This document shows, one piece after another, positions 25,966-40,139 of a stretch of DNA of 64,000 nt. Each line of letters opens with the position of its first letter. Positions within the stretch are counted from its first letter, which is position 1. The notes beneath the pieces are model-generated. The model did no database searches. It was not told where the DNA came from and saw only the letters and a program-made list of their open reading frames with translations. Origin of the DNA: Felis catus (taxonomy: Eukaryota); the NCBI RefSeq assembly GCF_018350175.1, contig NC_058368.1, forward strand, positions 168,022,001 through 168,086,000. The letters are read 5' to 3'. The translations under genes and the position numbers were made by a program.

Positions 25966-26664
25966 ATTCCTTAATAATGAAAACAGGAAAAATCTGCAGT
26001 CCCTTAATTTATTTACAGCTTGCACCAGGGTCAGCCTTATCTCAGCTGAGCATCTGGGCTGACAGAGTACAGGGCAAGGAGCTGGACTATTACCTGTGTT
26101 CCCTATGTCACCTACTCAACTGAAACCACTGAGTCACCTTTTGCTCTGTGGGTCCATATCAGAGAGAACAGATGTTGGGTCCATCACTAGAGAGAGAACA
26201 GTATGCAGCAAGGAAAGTCTGCACAGAAACTCATTTTAAATTCCCAATGTTCCTTTTCACTATCCATTTATTGCCTCTATTTTCTATTCTGTCTCTGCTC
26301 TGTAAGAGTCCTTTCTAAGTATTCCTCTAAAATTTTACATGGCTGTTAGTCACTCATTGCTATACTACTTGGGAATGGTTGCATGTAATAGAAGGGAGGA
26401 AACAATCTTAAAGAAATTGATCTAAAATCTTGAGTGTGTTTCAAAAAAAATGAAAATTTCTGTAATCTTCACAGTGATAAAATAATGTGTTCATTGTATT
26501 TGTAATGTTGATATCCACAATATTACCTCCTTATTTAAATGCAGAATGGTCTTAGTTTCCTGAATAGGAGGAAATGGAAAAAACGATGGATTAGAAAAAG
26601 AGTTCAACATTTTTTTTTTCTGAGCTAGCCTAGGGTCTGAAACAGAAGAAGGCTTGGGAAAGTA

Positions 26665-26980
26665 CATTTGACCCTGGAACAACACAGGTTTGAACTCTGC
26701 GGGCCCACTTGTACACAGATTTTTTTTTTTCCCACAGTACTATAAGTGTATTTTCTCTTCCTTATGACTTTCTTAATAACATTTCCTTTTCTCTAGCTTA
26801 CTTTATTGTAAGAGTACAGTATATAATACACCTAGCATACAAAATATATATGAATCAACTAATCAACTGTTAATGTTATCAGTAAGACTTCCAGTTGACA
26901 GTAGGCTATTAGTTATATGCAGATTTCTGACTGTGCAGGAGACTGGTACCCTTAATCTGGAGTTACTTAAGGGCTAACTA
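26665..26980 (+). mobile_element. Tigger2-family MITE (TcMar DNA transposon)
   Basis: Degenerate TIRs catttgaccctggaacaac / gttacttaagggctaacta, flanked by TA at 26663-26664 and 26981-26982. Confidence 0.8.
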
Positions 26981-27099
26981 TAAATAGCACCTTGGAAACT
27001 CCATTCCTTAGCTGCAACGTGGAACAGCTGCATAGGGTTGGTGTAGGTACCAAGAGAGGTCAAGACAAGCCATTCTCTACTCTTCTCTTTAGTTCCCAA

Positions 27100-27960
27100 G
27101 ACAGGCTGTAGCCTTAGAATGCACACTCTATCCGACCACTTGCCACAATCTCCACTGCTATCATCCAGGCCCCCACCACCATCAGATCTCATGTAAGCTA
27201 ATACTGCCTAACTAATTTCTCTGCTTCCATCCTTTCCTTGCTGTGTATTCTCAACTCATCAGCCGGCATGATTCTTTTACACCATAAATGAGGGGCACTG
27301 GGTGGCTCCACTTTGGCTCAGGTCATGATCTCAAGGTGCATGAGTTTGAGCCCCACATTGGGCTCTGTGCTGACAGCTTGGAGACTGGAGCCTGCATTGG
27401 ATTCTGTATCTCCCTCTCTTTCTGCCCCTCCCCTACCTATGCTCTTTCTCGGTCTCTCAAAAATAAATAAATGTTAAAAAAAAATTAAAACATAAATGAG
27501 ATCATGCCATTCTCTCATTCAAACCTTCCAACAACTTTCCATCATATCTAAAAATTCAGACCCCTTCACATGACCTATGAGGCCCAACACAATCTGCCTG
27601 CCAGCTAGCACTCCAATCTTATTTCCTACCACCCCTCCTTCCTCTACTGAGTTTGATCTGGCTACACTGCCCTCCTCTCTGTTTCTCAAACATACAAATG
27701 TGGTCCTGGTTTAAGTCTCTGCTCCAGTGCCAGCTCCTTGATGAGGCACATCCTCACCACCACAAACAATAACAGGCACATCCACTGAAACTCTTACACT
27801 TGTCTTATCACTATCTGATGTAAAGAGCATTTTGACTTGTTCATTTTCCATCCCTCCTACTAGAATGTAACTCCACGAAGGCAGGGTCTGTTATGTTCAC
27901 TGTTGTAACTCCAGTGCCAAGAATAGGGAGCTCAGCAAGTATTTGTTGAATAAATGAATA
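27100..27960 (+). mobile_element. L2 3' portion, interrupted by a SINE
   Basis: ctagaatgtaactccacgaaggcaggg...tatttgttgaataaatgaat L2 tail. Confidence 0.75.
27292..27490 (+). mobile_element. Can-SINE with a deletion in the tRNA-like head
   Basis: TSD cataaatgag at 27283-27292 and 27491-27500. Confidence 0.9.
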
Positions 27961-28673
27961 AACAATCAGACGAGTCTCAGTGAAAGTGCTTAGAAAACTA
28001 TGAAATATCATCAGCTCTTCAGATACAGCAATCATCTTAGTGCCCTTAGGGCTGAGCATCTAGTAATTCTGAAGGATGGATAGATGGATTTATGAATGAA
28101 TGAAGTTATTGTGTTTAAATATAATCAGGTTAGGATTGAGCTATATATTTGAATAAAGACATGAGTAGCTATTACTAAAGGGTTTTAAAATTTCCTTTGG
28201 CTTTCCTATTATATATAAAAAAATTGTTCATCTCCATTTTTTTCAGCACTAAGTAGAGCACACCTTACACAATCAGTGTCCTTACTTAAAACAAGACAAA
28301 TTGGGGGAAAGCACACCCATTAGATCTCATTCCCCGGGGGGCCAAAAGACTCACACCCTCAGACAAAGACCTATTAGGAAAGCAGAAAGGAGAGCAGACA
28401 AACACATGAGATTTGCAAAAGATAGGACAAAGGGTAATAGAATGTAATACTTGCCAGAGCTCCAATTCCCAGGATTCCCAAACATGCTGTTTTATGATCC
28501 ATATTCTTTTATTGCATATTCTTAATATAAGCAATATATACCAGTAGAAGGGCAACATATGATTAAAACACTTTATGATATTAGGAATACTACCTTTTAT
28601 CTAATCACTTTTTATACAACAAATACATTAATACACTGCCCCCTTCCTCTACCATAGAATATGGGGTAAGATG

Positions 28674-30127
28674 GACTTCAAGCTGTACTACAAAGCTGTA
28701 ATCATCAAGAAAGTATGGTACTGGCACAAAAAAACAGACACTCAGATCAATGGAACAGAATAGAGAACCCAGAAATGGACCCACAAATGTACGGCCAACT
28801 GGTCTTTGACAAAGCAGGAAATAATATCCAATGGAATAAAGACAGGTCTTTTCAGCAAGTGGTGCTGGGAAAACTGGACAGCGACAAGCAGAAAAATGAA
28901 CCTGGACCACTTTCTTACACCATACACAAAAATAAACTCAAAATGGATGAAAGACCTAAATGTAAGACAGGAAGCCATCAAAATCCTCGAGGAGAAAACA
29001 GGCAGCAACCTTTGTGACCTCGGCCACAGCAACTTCTTACTCAACACATCTCTAGAGGCAAGAGGAACAAAAGCAAAAATGAACTATTGGGACCTCATCA
29101 AAATAAAAAGCTTCTGCACAGCAAAGGAAACAATCAACAAAACTAAAAGGCAACCAGTGGAATGGGAAAAGATATTTGCAAACAACATACCAGATAAAGG
29201 CTTGGTATCCAAAATCTATAAAGAACTTATCAAACTCAACACCCAAAAAACAAATAATCCAGTGAAGAAACGGGCAAAAGACATGAATAGAACTTCTCCA
29301 AAGAAGACATCCAGATGGCCAACCGACACATCAAAAAATGCTCAACGTCACTCACCATCAGGGAAATACAAATCAAAACCACCATGAGATACCACCTCAC
29401 AGCTGTCAGAATGGCTAACATTAACAACTCAGGCAACAACAGATGTTGGCGAGATATGGAGAAAGAGGATCTCTTTTGCACTGCTGGTGGGAATGCAAAC
29501 TGATGCAGCCACTCTGGAAAACAATATGGAGGTTCCTCAAAAAATTAAAAATAGAGCTACTCTATGACCCAGCAATTGCACTACTAGGTATTTATCCAAG
29601 GGATACAGGTATGCTATTTTGAAGGGGCACATGCACCCCAATGTTTATAGCAGCACTATCAACAATAGCCAAAGTAGGGAAAGAGCCCAAATGTCGTCCA
29701 TTAATGGACAAATGGATAAAGAAGATGTGGTATATATACACAATGGAGTATTACTCAGAAATCAAAAAGAGTGAAATCTTGCTATTTCCAACTACATGGA
29801 TGGAACTAGAGGGTATTATGCTAAGCGAAATTAGTCAGAGAGAGACAAATACCATATGACTTCACTCATATGAGGACTTTAAGATACAAAATAGATGAAC
29901 ATAAGGGAAGGGAAGCAAAAATAATATAAAAACAGGGAGGGGGACATATTAAGAGAGTCTCATTAAGAGACTCTTAAATATGGAGAACAAACAGAGGTTT
30001 ACTGGAGGAGTTGTGGAGGGGGAAAGGCTAAATGGGTAAGGGGCATTAAGGAATCTACTCCTGAAATCATTGTTGCACTATATGCTAACTAATTTGGATG
30101 CAAATTAAAAAAAAATAAATTTAAAAA
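28674..30127 (+). mobile_element. 5'-truncated felid L1 (disrupted ORF2 3' part and 3' UTR)
   Basis: ORF2 pieces in different frames ([23 protein letters not shown]...[33 protein letters not shown]), showing frameshifts and stops. Confidence 0.95.
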
Positions 30128-30499
30128 GAAATGGAAGAAGAACTGAATGGAACTGATAACAAGTTAAAATATAGTAACATAAAATTTCTCAATGTGAATG
30201 TATGAGTGTGTCATGCACGTATATATATTTTAATTAATTTACCCGAAAAATAATATTAGGCTCTAATAAGAATTTTACTTTAAAAGTTGACATTATGTAC
30301 CTCCAAACTTAAAGGTAAAGTATAAAATAAAACTAAGTATGTTTTCATTATACTTTCCTATTTAGATCAATATTAACCACTCAATTATTTAAAAAAAAAA
30401 TTCCACATGAGCATATATGCTCTTTGAGGAGTATTAAGCATTATGTGAGGTCCAAAGATTAATAAGGCATTGTCCTTGCCCTAAACTGATTCAAAAATT

Positions 30500-30697
30500 G
30501 TTAAATATAATGTTGCTTAAGCATTCTCACCATACACACATACATAAAACATTATTTATGTTAGGGGATAGATGTGTTAATTATCTTGATCTTGGTAATC
30601 ATTTCTCAGTGAATATGTATATCAAATTATCACATTGTATACTTTGTATCACATTATATACTTTGTCAATTATCCCTCAATAAAGTTGAGGGAAAAT
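30500..30697 (+). mobile_element. L1MA-like 3' end fragment
   Basis: gatagatgtgttaattatcttgat...gtcaattatccctcaataaagt. Confidence 0.7.
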
Positions 30698-31024
30698 AGA
30701 TGTAACCTTGAGGATGTATCCTAATATGTTTACACTATTGTTATAATTTACAACTATGTTGGAGCCATAATTATTATTTAGAGTGATTTTTCATTTCTAA
30801 TTTTTATTATTTTTAAAGCATAATCTTCTTCTACTGAGGTAATAGTTACCACAAAGATTTCAAAACTCAAACTGGTTTTACAAAGATTTATATTTCCTTT
30901 CATTTAAAAAAAAAAAAAAAGTTGGGGGAAGAGGGGCACGAGATACATCCGTTCTGTCAAAGTCAGAGAAATAATTCTTTTCTGCATAATAAAGATTTTC
31001 TTTTAAAAGTCTGTTATATGCATA

Positions 31025-31113
31025 ACATAAGGTATAGAGAAGCTGAATCACTATGTTGTACACCTGAAACCAATAGAACATGGTGTGTCAACTATATTCA
31101 AATAAAAAAAAAA
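31025..31113 (+). mobile_element. Short carnivore L1 3' tip
   Basis: gaatcactatgttgtacacctgaaac...tgtcaactat plus A tail. TSD aagtctgt(t/c)atatg on both sides. Confidence 0.8.
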
Positions 31114-33184
31114 TTTTAAGTCTGTCATATGACAGAGTCAAATGCTGTTACTCTCTTCTAGCTTACAGACCAATAAAGCAATTAACATCATAATTTACAG
31201 ACGCTAAAGTGTGACCCCTGTTCGTCTCACAGCTCCTGGATGGGATGGGTGTGCCCCCATCTCACCCTGGTTCCCGGGCCTGCCTTGCCAACCTCTCACT
31301 GTTCTGTGAGCTCTTGTTCTCACTCACCTTAAAATGGATACGGAAAAGATCTGTGGATTCAAGAACACCCCAGAAGAACCTGAAGTATAATTTTGAATTA
31401 ATCTCTTAGATTGTCTCCTTGAGTTTAATTTGAAACAAATTCTTCAGGAATGCCAGATATTTATTTATATTAACAACTGAAATGGACTAAGATATATATT
31501 TCCAAATATTGGATTCCTGAGATTTCTTAACTGGACATTAACAGAAATAACCACAGTCTATTATAATCAGCTATGCCATTAAAAAAAGAAAAAGAAATTA
31601 ATGAATTCATACATGTATCATAAGCAAAAATGCTATCTGACTGTAGGAATTAGATTTTAATTAATGGACCCTTTATCAAGTTTATAAGTAAAGTTGACTT
31701 CTTAAAAATAGTTTCCTGTTTAGAGTCCTACTTTCCACACAGAGGAAAAGAAGGCTTAGAATGATTTCAATTTTCAAATGCTGAGTAATGTGGAATATTT
31801 TCTAAGTATTCTTTATTTTACTATTTAAGAATTTGTTATTTTTGACGAGAATCATCACTTGCCAATCCTACTGCGGCTTTCTTTCTTTCTTTTTAGTACA
31901 CTGGCATGCTTTGAGAAAGGGGAAAAAAAAGCAATTCTGTGCCTGAAAAATATCACACAGCCATTTGCTGTACCTTAATTTTTTTAACACAAAAAAGCCC
32001 CACACATTTTAATTAGGATGGCATTTTATGCATTTCCTTGATCCTAATTAGTGGTTCAAATAAAATATCATAATAGTTACTAAACCTGGGATCTAAGCCT
32101 CCTTACCCCTCTCAGCCAGTACTGAAGAGTCCGTATTCACCAGCATCAAGCCTCTTTCATGAGGACAATGGCAACAAGAAATCTTCAACAAGTGCTGGCC
32201 TGACCCCCTTTCTTTTTCTACGATCCAGCTGAGCAGCAAAAACTGCTTGAAATTCAGCAATCACATTTCTCACTGTTCCAGAATGACCTATTTCGCACTA
32301 GAATGAACCAGTGAATTCATACATATAAATAACTATCTGCAGACACTGCTTTTCAAAATACGAACAGGAATAGCCAAAAAAGGGGGAGCAGCAGTTAAAA
32401 ACGAAGGTTTGACTGAATGGCTACTTTTCGACTGTTTGATATGACAATTAGAAACAAAGCAGGTCTGCAGAACTTAGATGTCAATGTTGTATTTAAACTC
32501 TTTGAAATTATCAATACATAATATCCATGACAGTACTAGCTAAACCAAGTTAGATTTTTTCTTAAAACATGTATTATCATATTCCTAGTGTGTATTTATT
32601 TAAACTGTCTTTTCTAGAGAACTAAGAAATAAACAAGTTAACATTTCTGAGCAGAATATGCTTCTAAAGGATTTGCAGCATCCTTCATCCACAAGCATTT
32701 ATTGAGTGCTACTCTGTGCAAGATCTAATTATATGTTACATCCAGCAATCACAAAGTGTTCTAAGACCTTCTGATCTCTCAGGAAGAGTCTTCCCCATTC
32801 TCATAATCATTCAGTCAATGTATAAAATCATACACGCCAGCTTTCTCCACTAGGCTATGGGATCATGCTTTATTCATTTCTGCATTCTCTGTGACTGACA
32901 AAATCCGATCACATAATGAACTCTCAATGAATATTTGCCAAATGGATTGATTACTTAGTCCCAGCTCTTCAGTTTACAGAAGGTCAGGCATTGTTCATGG
33001 AGAAACCACTGCACGACTCATGTTACAGTTTTGTGTCACAAATTCATAAGGTCCTAAAACCTATCTTGAACTGACTAAAAATTCTGACTTCAGGCTTCTG
33101 ATCAGATGATCAAAAATCTTAAATAAATTAAATTCATGTTAAATATTTTTAAATGTTATAACAATAAAGTTTCAGTGGATTCTG

Positions 33185-34225
33185 TAACTTCTGCTTCTAG
33201 CCATGATGAGAAAAGGAACCAGATTTACCCTCCTACCTCAGAAAACCACTACGCTAGACAACATATATAAACAAACAAACAAACAAACAAACAAACAAAC
33301 AAAACTGGTATTCATACATTAAACAGGCAATGCAGGACAGTGATCTCTGAGAGAAGGGAAAGAAAACAGGTAAGCCCTACACGTAAAACACTCCTGCCTA
33401 GAGAGTTTCCAGCATGATGCATGGGGCAGGAGATCCCACACAGAGCACAACAGCAGTGCTCAGTTCAGGAGACAGAGTTCAGAGTTGTGAAACACCAAGG
33501 TGGCCAGAGTCTGCTGGACAGAGTGCCATAAAGGAAGAAGCTGTGTAAAAAGAGCAAATGAGCAAGCTCTGGAAATATACACAGGAGTCTGGTCAAGTAT
33601 TTGTATGAGTACTGGTCTGACTGTGCATAAAAGAAAGCTACTGAGGCTAGAGAAAGAATCATCATTAAGAAGCAACTGGGACAATCTCTGGAGCTCACAA
33701 AGGCCTGGAAATATTTGAGTTTTCCAAGAGCCAGGATAGAAAGAGCTCCTAATCTATATATAGGGCATCAAGTCAAGGCCTCAGAAGGGCAATGCCTCAC
33801 TGCTGTAGCCAAAATTTCCCTTGGCTAACGGTTGTTCTGGATGCACCTAACAAAGCTTAAAAGCAAGCCACAAATGATCAAACTGTGTCCAAGTAACTTA
33901 ATTGCATCCCAGGACAAAATCCAGAAATATTTAAAGGAATACAAAAAATCTAGTACTCGACAAATTCATATTCACGATGTCCGGCATCCAATCAAAATTA
34001 CTAGTCATGAAAAGAAACAACAAAATATATCCCATAACCCAAGAGAACAATCAATCAACAGAAATAGACAAAGAAATGACATAGATGATAGCATTAGTGA
34101 AGAAGGATATTTAATCAGCGTTATAAATGTATCATTGCTCAGAAAGGAGAAGAGAAGCATCAGCATGAAAGAACTGAAAAATGTAAAAAAAGATCCAAAC
34201 TGAACTTCTGGAGGTAAAATAATAT
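33185..34225 (+). mobile_element. Ancient L1M 5' region (L1MD/L1M4-like 5' UTR to ORF1 start) with (AAAC)n at about 33269-33305
   Basis: acttctgcttctagccatgatg start, gacagtgatctctgagagaaggg and cctaacaaagcttaaaagcaagcc motifs recalled from old L1 5' ends. A-rich ORF1-like end. Confidence 0.6.
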
Positions 34226-34744
34226 GCTGATATGCTTTAAGGTCAAAATATTCTACATTTTAAAAATTTCATATTTTCATAAATCTTTAACTTCTTCCTC
34301 TGATTTCCTCTGATATTTGAACTCTAAAATAAGGGTAAAGTAGGGGTATGTCACAGCCCGTTGGTTCCAAACTTTCTCTTAATCTGATATTCATAGTCTT
34401 AATCATTCTTTCTAATATTTCTCGTCATTGCACCCCCATTTGCAAGTAAATAGTTACTCTTCTAAAATTACATAGCATACAGTAATCCAGTTGAATGCGA
34501 TCTAGATTTTCTTAATACCTCACCCTCTCTTTCTCATACCTTCACTCTAATCTAGATCTCTATCCTCCAGATGTGTTGGTGTCATAGAGGAGGTGTGGGT
34601 AGGACATCAGGAGACATGTACTCCCATCTGGTCTCTGCCTCTGTCTGAAGACTTCAAGAGCATATGCCTAATGTGGCCGGATCTCAGTCTCTTTACCTGA
34701 GAAGATAATCTTTGATTTTAAGATTAAGACCTTAATATTGTCTT

Positions 34745-34902
34745 GGTGCGCCTGGGTGGCTCAGTTGGTTGAGTGTCTAGACTCTTGTTTTTGGCTCAGG
34801 TCATGACCCCAGGGTCATGGAATCAAGCCCCACAATGGGCTCTGCACTAAGTGTGGATCTCATTTAAGATTTCTCTCCCTCTGCCCCTCTACCCTGCTCA
34901 TG

Positions 34903-34990
<88 letters not shown>

Positions 34991-34997
34991 AAAAAAA
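34745..34997 (+). mobile_element. Can-SINE (older subfamily) with expanded (CT)n(AT)n
   Basis: Head ggtgcgcctgggtggctcag. cttaatattgt on both flanks. Confidence 0.92.
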
Positions 34998-35958
34998 ACC
35001 CAAAAACTTAATATTGTTTTCATCAGCAATTTTAAATACTTTGCAGTCACTGAGTCCCTTAGGCTAAATAAGCAAGACACATATATGCCATCCTACTCTT
35101 GGAATGGGTGTATTGGAGAAGAAGCACAGGAGAAGGGATGAGACAAATCCCTTCTCACATATTCCATCCCTTCTAGTTCTGGTTACCTATATTTAAAACT
35201 ATGGATTATCTCCACTAGTCACCTCCAATGTCAGACTTATTCACTCATTCATTTACACGCACTTACTGAGTATCTGCTATATGCCAGCTATTGGGTGAGG
35301 CAATGGGATATAATGGTGTGTATGATAGCATGACTGTCCTTTACAAGGTTGTAGATGAAGGAGGAAAGATGGGAAGGATGGAGAGGAACAACATACCATC
35401 TTTTATTAGAGTAGGGGTGATTGAGTGTTTATTAGTATCAAATTAGTATGCTATATCACTCTGATAATCAGAAAAATATTGCTGCATTGCCCTAATCTAG
35501 GTCCCATATATAGGCCAGTTTATTCCTAATATAGTCAAAATTTAAACAATGAGTATTTGTTACTAATAGTCATAGTAGTTTTAAAATGACTAAAGCTGGT
35601 ATCTGTGAATATAGAACGAAGTCATTTAACCATTGCAGATAACATAAAATCATGTGTTGGGAAAATTCTACCTTCTTAAATTTGGCTTTGAATACATAAA
35701 GAATGAGAGGAATTATGAACAGGGTAATATATATGAATCAATCCAGTAAGTAATAAATACTGGCACATGGAAAGAAAAAAATAATTCTGCAATGTCTTTC
35801 TCAGAGGCAGGAAAACTACTAAGGGACTCTCAAGCAGACACCAAAACACCATCAAAAATGGATGAGTCTCTGAGAAATATCCCCTTACAAGTGAACACAC
35901 CTCACATTAAAATAATCCAATTTTAGGGACGCCTATTTTAAAATCATCCTTTCTTGTT

Positions 35959-36285
35959 TGTTAAAAAGAAAAACACAGGCCCAAAGACATCACTTAGGTT
36001 AAGGTCCCAAGTCAGTAAACCAAGACTTAATTTCCTGGTCAGCACCAGGAAATTTACTGATAAACCGCCTCTGTTCCCCTTAGGAGGGCGACCTTGTCTA
36101 AAACAATGGATGCTTTGCTCATAATTTCCTTTTCTCTGCTCCCTCTCTACCTTTAAAAACCTTTCCTTTTCTGTAGCCCTTTGGAATTCTCCTCTGCTTG
36201 CTAGATGGTATACTGCCGCATTCATGAATCAATTAGTAAAGCTGATTTGATCTTTAAAACTTACTCAGTTGAATTTTTGTTAACA
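35959..36285 (+). mobile_element. ERV1-class solo LTR (MER34/carnivore LTR-like)
   Basis: Bounded by TGTTAA...TTAACA inverted termini. TATA-like tttaaaa near 36153, polyA-like agtaaa near 36236. No clean TSD. Confidence 0.7.
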
Positions 36286-37826
36286 TTGAGAAACTGAAAA
36301 GTCTGTCCCCAGAATCTCTCTCCACACTATGTCCTTCTGCCTTGAGATAACTCCTGAAGACTACACCTGAAATAAGCAAGCTAGGGATGTAGCTGTGTAA
36401 GCTATTCTTCACAAAACTGGTTTTTCAAAAGAAAAAGTAAACAGAATTAAGGCACAAATAATTATGAAACATCGTTTAAATTTCTTCCATTTCTTTTAGA
36501 ATTTGTGCATAGGGAAGAACCTTCTAATACTTTTGTAAATTATTTAAACAATAATCCTTTACATTCTTTCAGTTATAGAAAAAGAATTGTGGCAACAACT
36601 CTTTGGATTACACGATAGTGTTATACATGAAGGTCATAAAGCTGACCTTGATCATCATTATCCATAATAAAAAAACTAGAAAACACCCTCCCTCAAAACA
36701 GTTTATATGCCACTTTGTGATTATAACATGTATAGATTGTATATACTCCAACTCCTAGAACTTCCCAATTGTTTATAGATTTATTGTGCATGGTAACGAT
36801 GTGTTTACTCTTAAAATACTTTTGATTTGTTAGTGTCTTAGTGAATTCATTTCATTCAATCCCCTATAAGTTGTTGTCTCTGGCTTCCAAATTACTATAA
36901 ATTCAGTATGACATCAAGCATAAATCATCATTTATATTAATTGAGTGTTATTATTATTGAAAGACAATTAGGTACACATCACTAAATGTCTGATTGAAAC
37001 AAATTAGGCAAGAAAATAATTTTATAGACAATAATGAGGAATAAAGTTGTTGTATGTTCAGTAGCCCCACATTCTTTGTTTGTGATGGTGTAGGATATCA
37101 AGTGACTTTTATATTCGTATCTGTGGACATTTGTTTTTCAAACTATGTATATCAGAAAGACATTCAAATGGGCAAATTTTACCCTGATACTGAATGGAGC
37201 ACACAAATGCTTGGCACATTGCAAAATGTTTCAAGCTTGGTTGACTTTTAAATGCCTGAAAAGGGAATTAGAGATAGGCCACTGAATGCTAATCACACTG
37301 CTGCATCTACTCACCACAATTTAAATTCTTAGGGTGAACATATTTATCATTGACTTGTGATGCTACATCATTTTTTAATATTGCTCTCAAGCTGCTGGAT
37401 AGAATTTCATGTCCTAAGTCCAGAGAACCAAGGTAAATGACAAACATGTTGCAGATTTCTTTTCTTATCTGGAATATTAATAGAGTGCCTCTAATCCTAT
37501 ATAAAAATGCAGTCTGAAAAACGCAGCCATTTCAATATGGTATGCACTCTTTTCACTGTATACAAGATCACAGTCCCCAAGCAATTTTCTAAAAGAATGC
37601 ATCAATCACACGACAATTGGGCAAATTCAAGACATATTAGAAAAAACTGAGGAATAATCGTTAGGAAATATACGTGCAGGTGCAATAATCTGATAGAACA
37701 GTAAGTATTCAAGTTATGCAAACAAAACTATTTGCCCCTTCCAAGAACCCATGGTAAAATCAGAAAGTTCTTACTAGTGGGGAAACAAAACAAAAACAGG
37801 AAAAACATGGGCTTTTATTCATTGGA

Positions 37827-38060
37827 TTTTTTAACGTTTATTTATTTTTGAGAGATAGTGAAAGAGAGACAGAGATAGAGCGCACAAGCGGGGTAGGGGC
37901 AAAGAGACAGACAGACAGACAGACAGAAAGAATCTGAAGGAGGCTCCAGCCTTGGAGCTGTCAGCACAGAGCCCGACACAGGGCTCAAATCCACAAACTG
38001 TGAGATCATGACCTGAGCAAATGTCGGATACTTAACCAGACTGAGCCACCCAGGCACCCC
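37827..38060 (-). mobile_element. Can-SINE with (GACA)n
   Basis: Reverse body. tcattg repeated on both flanks. Confidence 0.92.
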
Positions 38061-38269
38061 TCATTGATTTTTAAACTAAGTTTTTTACATGTGAAAATTT
38101 AATATATATTCATGCTGATTCTGGTATATAAAATGTCTTTATAGTAAATTAAATTTTTTTCTTTAAAATGCACATACCATCACATACATAAACATTAATC
38201 CTTAACTTCTATACTGCCTCACTTTTTAGACTTGTTTTTTGGTATAGCTCATAGGCTCACTTCATTACA

Positions 38270-38460
38270 AGAAGAGTGTGGTGGGGACTAGGGCAAACTG
38301 GAAAGCACAGGCCCATCCATCCAGAGGTGGTAATGAATATTCAGCTCAAGTTGCGTGGGGAGAAGTGGGAATGCAGATATGGTATTTCCACGTCTTCTAA
38401 TTTTTAGGAAAAAAGAAAAGAATTTAAATCTCTCAATTTTTAAATTATTGCAACTATTTC
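38270..38460. mobile_element. Possible ancient hAT DNA-transposon fragment (MER103-like)
   Basis: tcttctaattttt...aaatctctcaatttttaaattattgcaact resembles a recalled consensus. Confidence 0.3.
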
Positions 38461-38589
38461 AAAATTGAAAACGTTATTTCTCTGAGTAGTTCTAGAAAAT
38501 GACCACATACATAGACCACGTTAGTAGTAAGCAACTGAGCAAGAAGAAAAGGAACAAGAATTGGAGCCATCAGAAATGAAAGAGAAGGT

Positions 38590-38784
38590 GGGGTGCCTAG
38601 TTGGCTCAGTGGGTTAAGCATCCGACTTCCACCCACATCGTGGTCTTGCAGTTTGTGGGTTTGAGACCTTACATTGGGCTCAATGCTGTCAGCACAGAGC
38701 CCACTTCAGATCATCTGTCCCCCTTTCTCTCTCTGCCCCCTCTCTCTCTCTCTCTCTCTCTCAAAAAAAAAAAAAAATTAAAAA
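38590..38784 (+). mobile_element. Can-SINE (older)
   Basis: gaaatgaaaga at 38573-38583 and 38788-38798. Confidence 0.9.
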
Positions 38785-38883
38785 CAGGAAATGAAAGAAA
38801 AAAAAATCCAAAATACTGCCTCATTTGGACCCTGTCCTCAGTCAGGTAAGACTAAGTTTAAAAAGTTTAAAAAGCTGACATAA

Positions 38884-39098
38884 GGGGCACCTGGGTGGCT
38901 CAGTGGGTTGAGGGTCTGACTTCGGCTCAGGTCATGATCTCGCAGTTGATGAGTTTGAGCCCTGCACTGGGCTCTGTGCCAACAGCTCAGAGCCTGGAGT
39001 CTGCTTCAGATTCTGTCTCCCTCACTCTCTCTCTGCCCCTCCCCTGCTCATGCTTTGTCTCTGTCTCAAAAATAAACATTAAAAAAAAAAAAAAAAAA
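38884..39098 (+). mobile_element. Can-SINE
   Basis: TSD aagctgacat at 38872-38881 and 39100-39109. Confidence 0.93.
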
Positions 39099-39233
39099 CA
39101 AGCTGACATGACCAAGGCTCAAAGGGATTAAAATAAACACAATCACACCGAAATTAAATAACATAACACAGTTTGGCCACTTTCCATGACTGTTTTTTGT
39201 TTCTTTGTTTTTGAGCTATATAAACATAGTTTT

Positions 39234-40139
39234 ACAAATATCTTTTCCCATTCCATTGGTTGCCTTTTAGTTTTGTTGATTGTTTCCTTTGCAGTGCAGA
39301 AGCTTTTATCTTGATAAGGTGTCAATAGTTCATTTTTGCTTTTTAATTCCCTTGCCTTTAGAGATGTGTCGAGTAAGAAATTGCCATGGCTGAGGTCAGA
39401 AGGTTTTTTCCTGCTTTCTCCTCTAGGGTTTTGATGGTTTCCTGTCTCACATTCAGATCCTTCATCCATTTAGAGTTTATTTTTGAGAATGGTGTAAGAA
39501 AGTGGTCTAGTTTCAACCTTCTCCATGTTGCTGTTCAGTTCTCCCAGTACCATTTGTTAAAGAGACTGTCTTTTTTCCATTGGATATTCTTTCCTGCTTT
39601 GTCAAAGATTAGTTGACCATCCATTTGTGGGTCCAATTCTAGAGTCTCTATTCTATTCCATTGGTCTATGTATCTGTTTTTGTGCCAATACCACACTACA
39701 CTGATGATTACAGCTTTGTAGTAGAGGCTAAAGTCTGGGATTGTGATGACTCCCGCTTTGGTTTTCTTCTTCAATATTACTTTGGCTGTTCGGGGTCTTT
39801 TGTGGTTACATACAAATTTTAGGATTGCTTGTTCTAGCTTTGGGAAGAATGCTGGTGCAATTTTGATTTGGATTGCACTGAATGTGTAGATTGCTTTGGG
39901 TAGTGACATTTTAACAATATTTATTCTTCCAATCCATGAGCATGGAATGTTTTTCCATTTCTTTGTATCTTCTTCAATTTCCTTCATAAGCTTTCTATAG
40001 TTTTCAGCATACAGATCTTTTACATCTTTGGTTAGATTTATTCCTAGGTATTTTATGATTCTTGGTGCAATTGTGAATGGGATCAGTTTTTTTATTCTCT
40101 TTCTGTTGCTTCATTATTGGTGTATAAAAATGCAACTGA
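39234..40139 (-). mobile_element. Inverted 5' segment of a twin-primed felid L1 (ORF2)
   Basis: Minus ORF 39535-39987 reads [18 protein letters not shown]...PDFSLYYKA...DQWNRIE (L1 ORF2). Confidence 0.93.

Noticed and set aside
28715..29859. L1 ORF2-like ORFs here and at 302-712, 3361-3603, 39535-39987, 40231-40731 and 57874-58164 as functional genes
   Set aside because: They are 5'-truncated, frameshifted retrotransposon remnants with no promoter, ORF1 or intact reverse transcriptase
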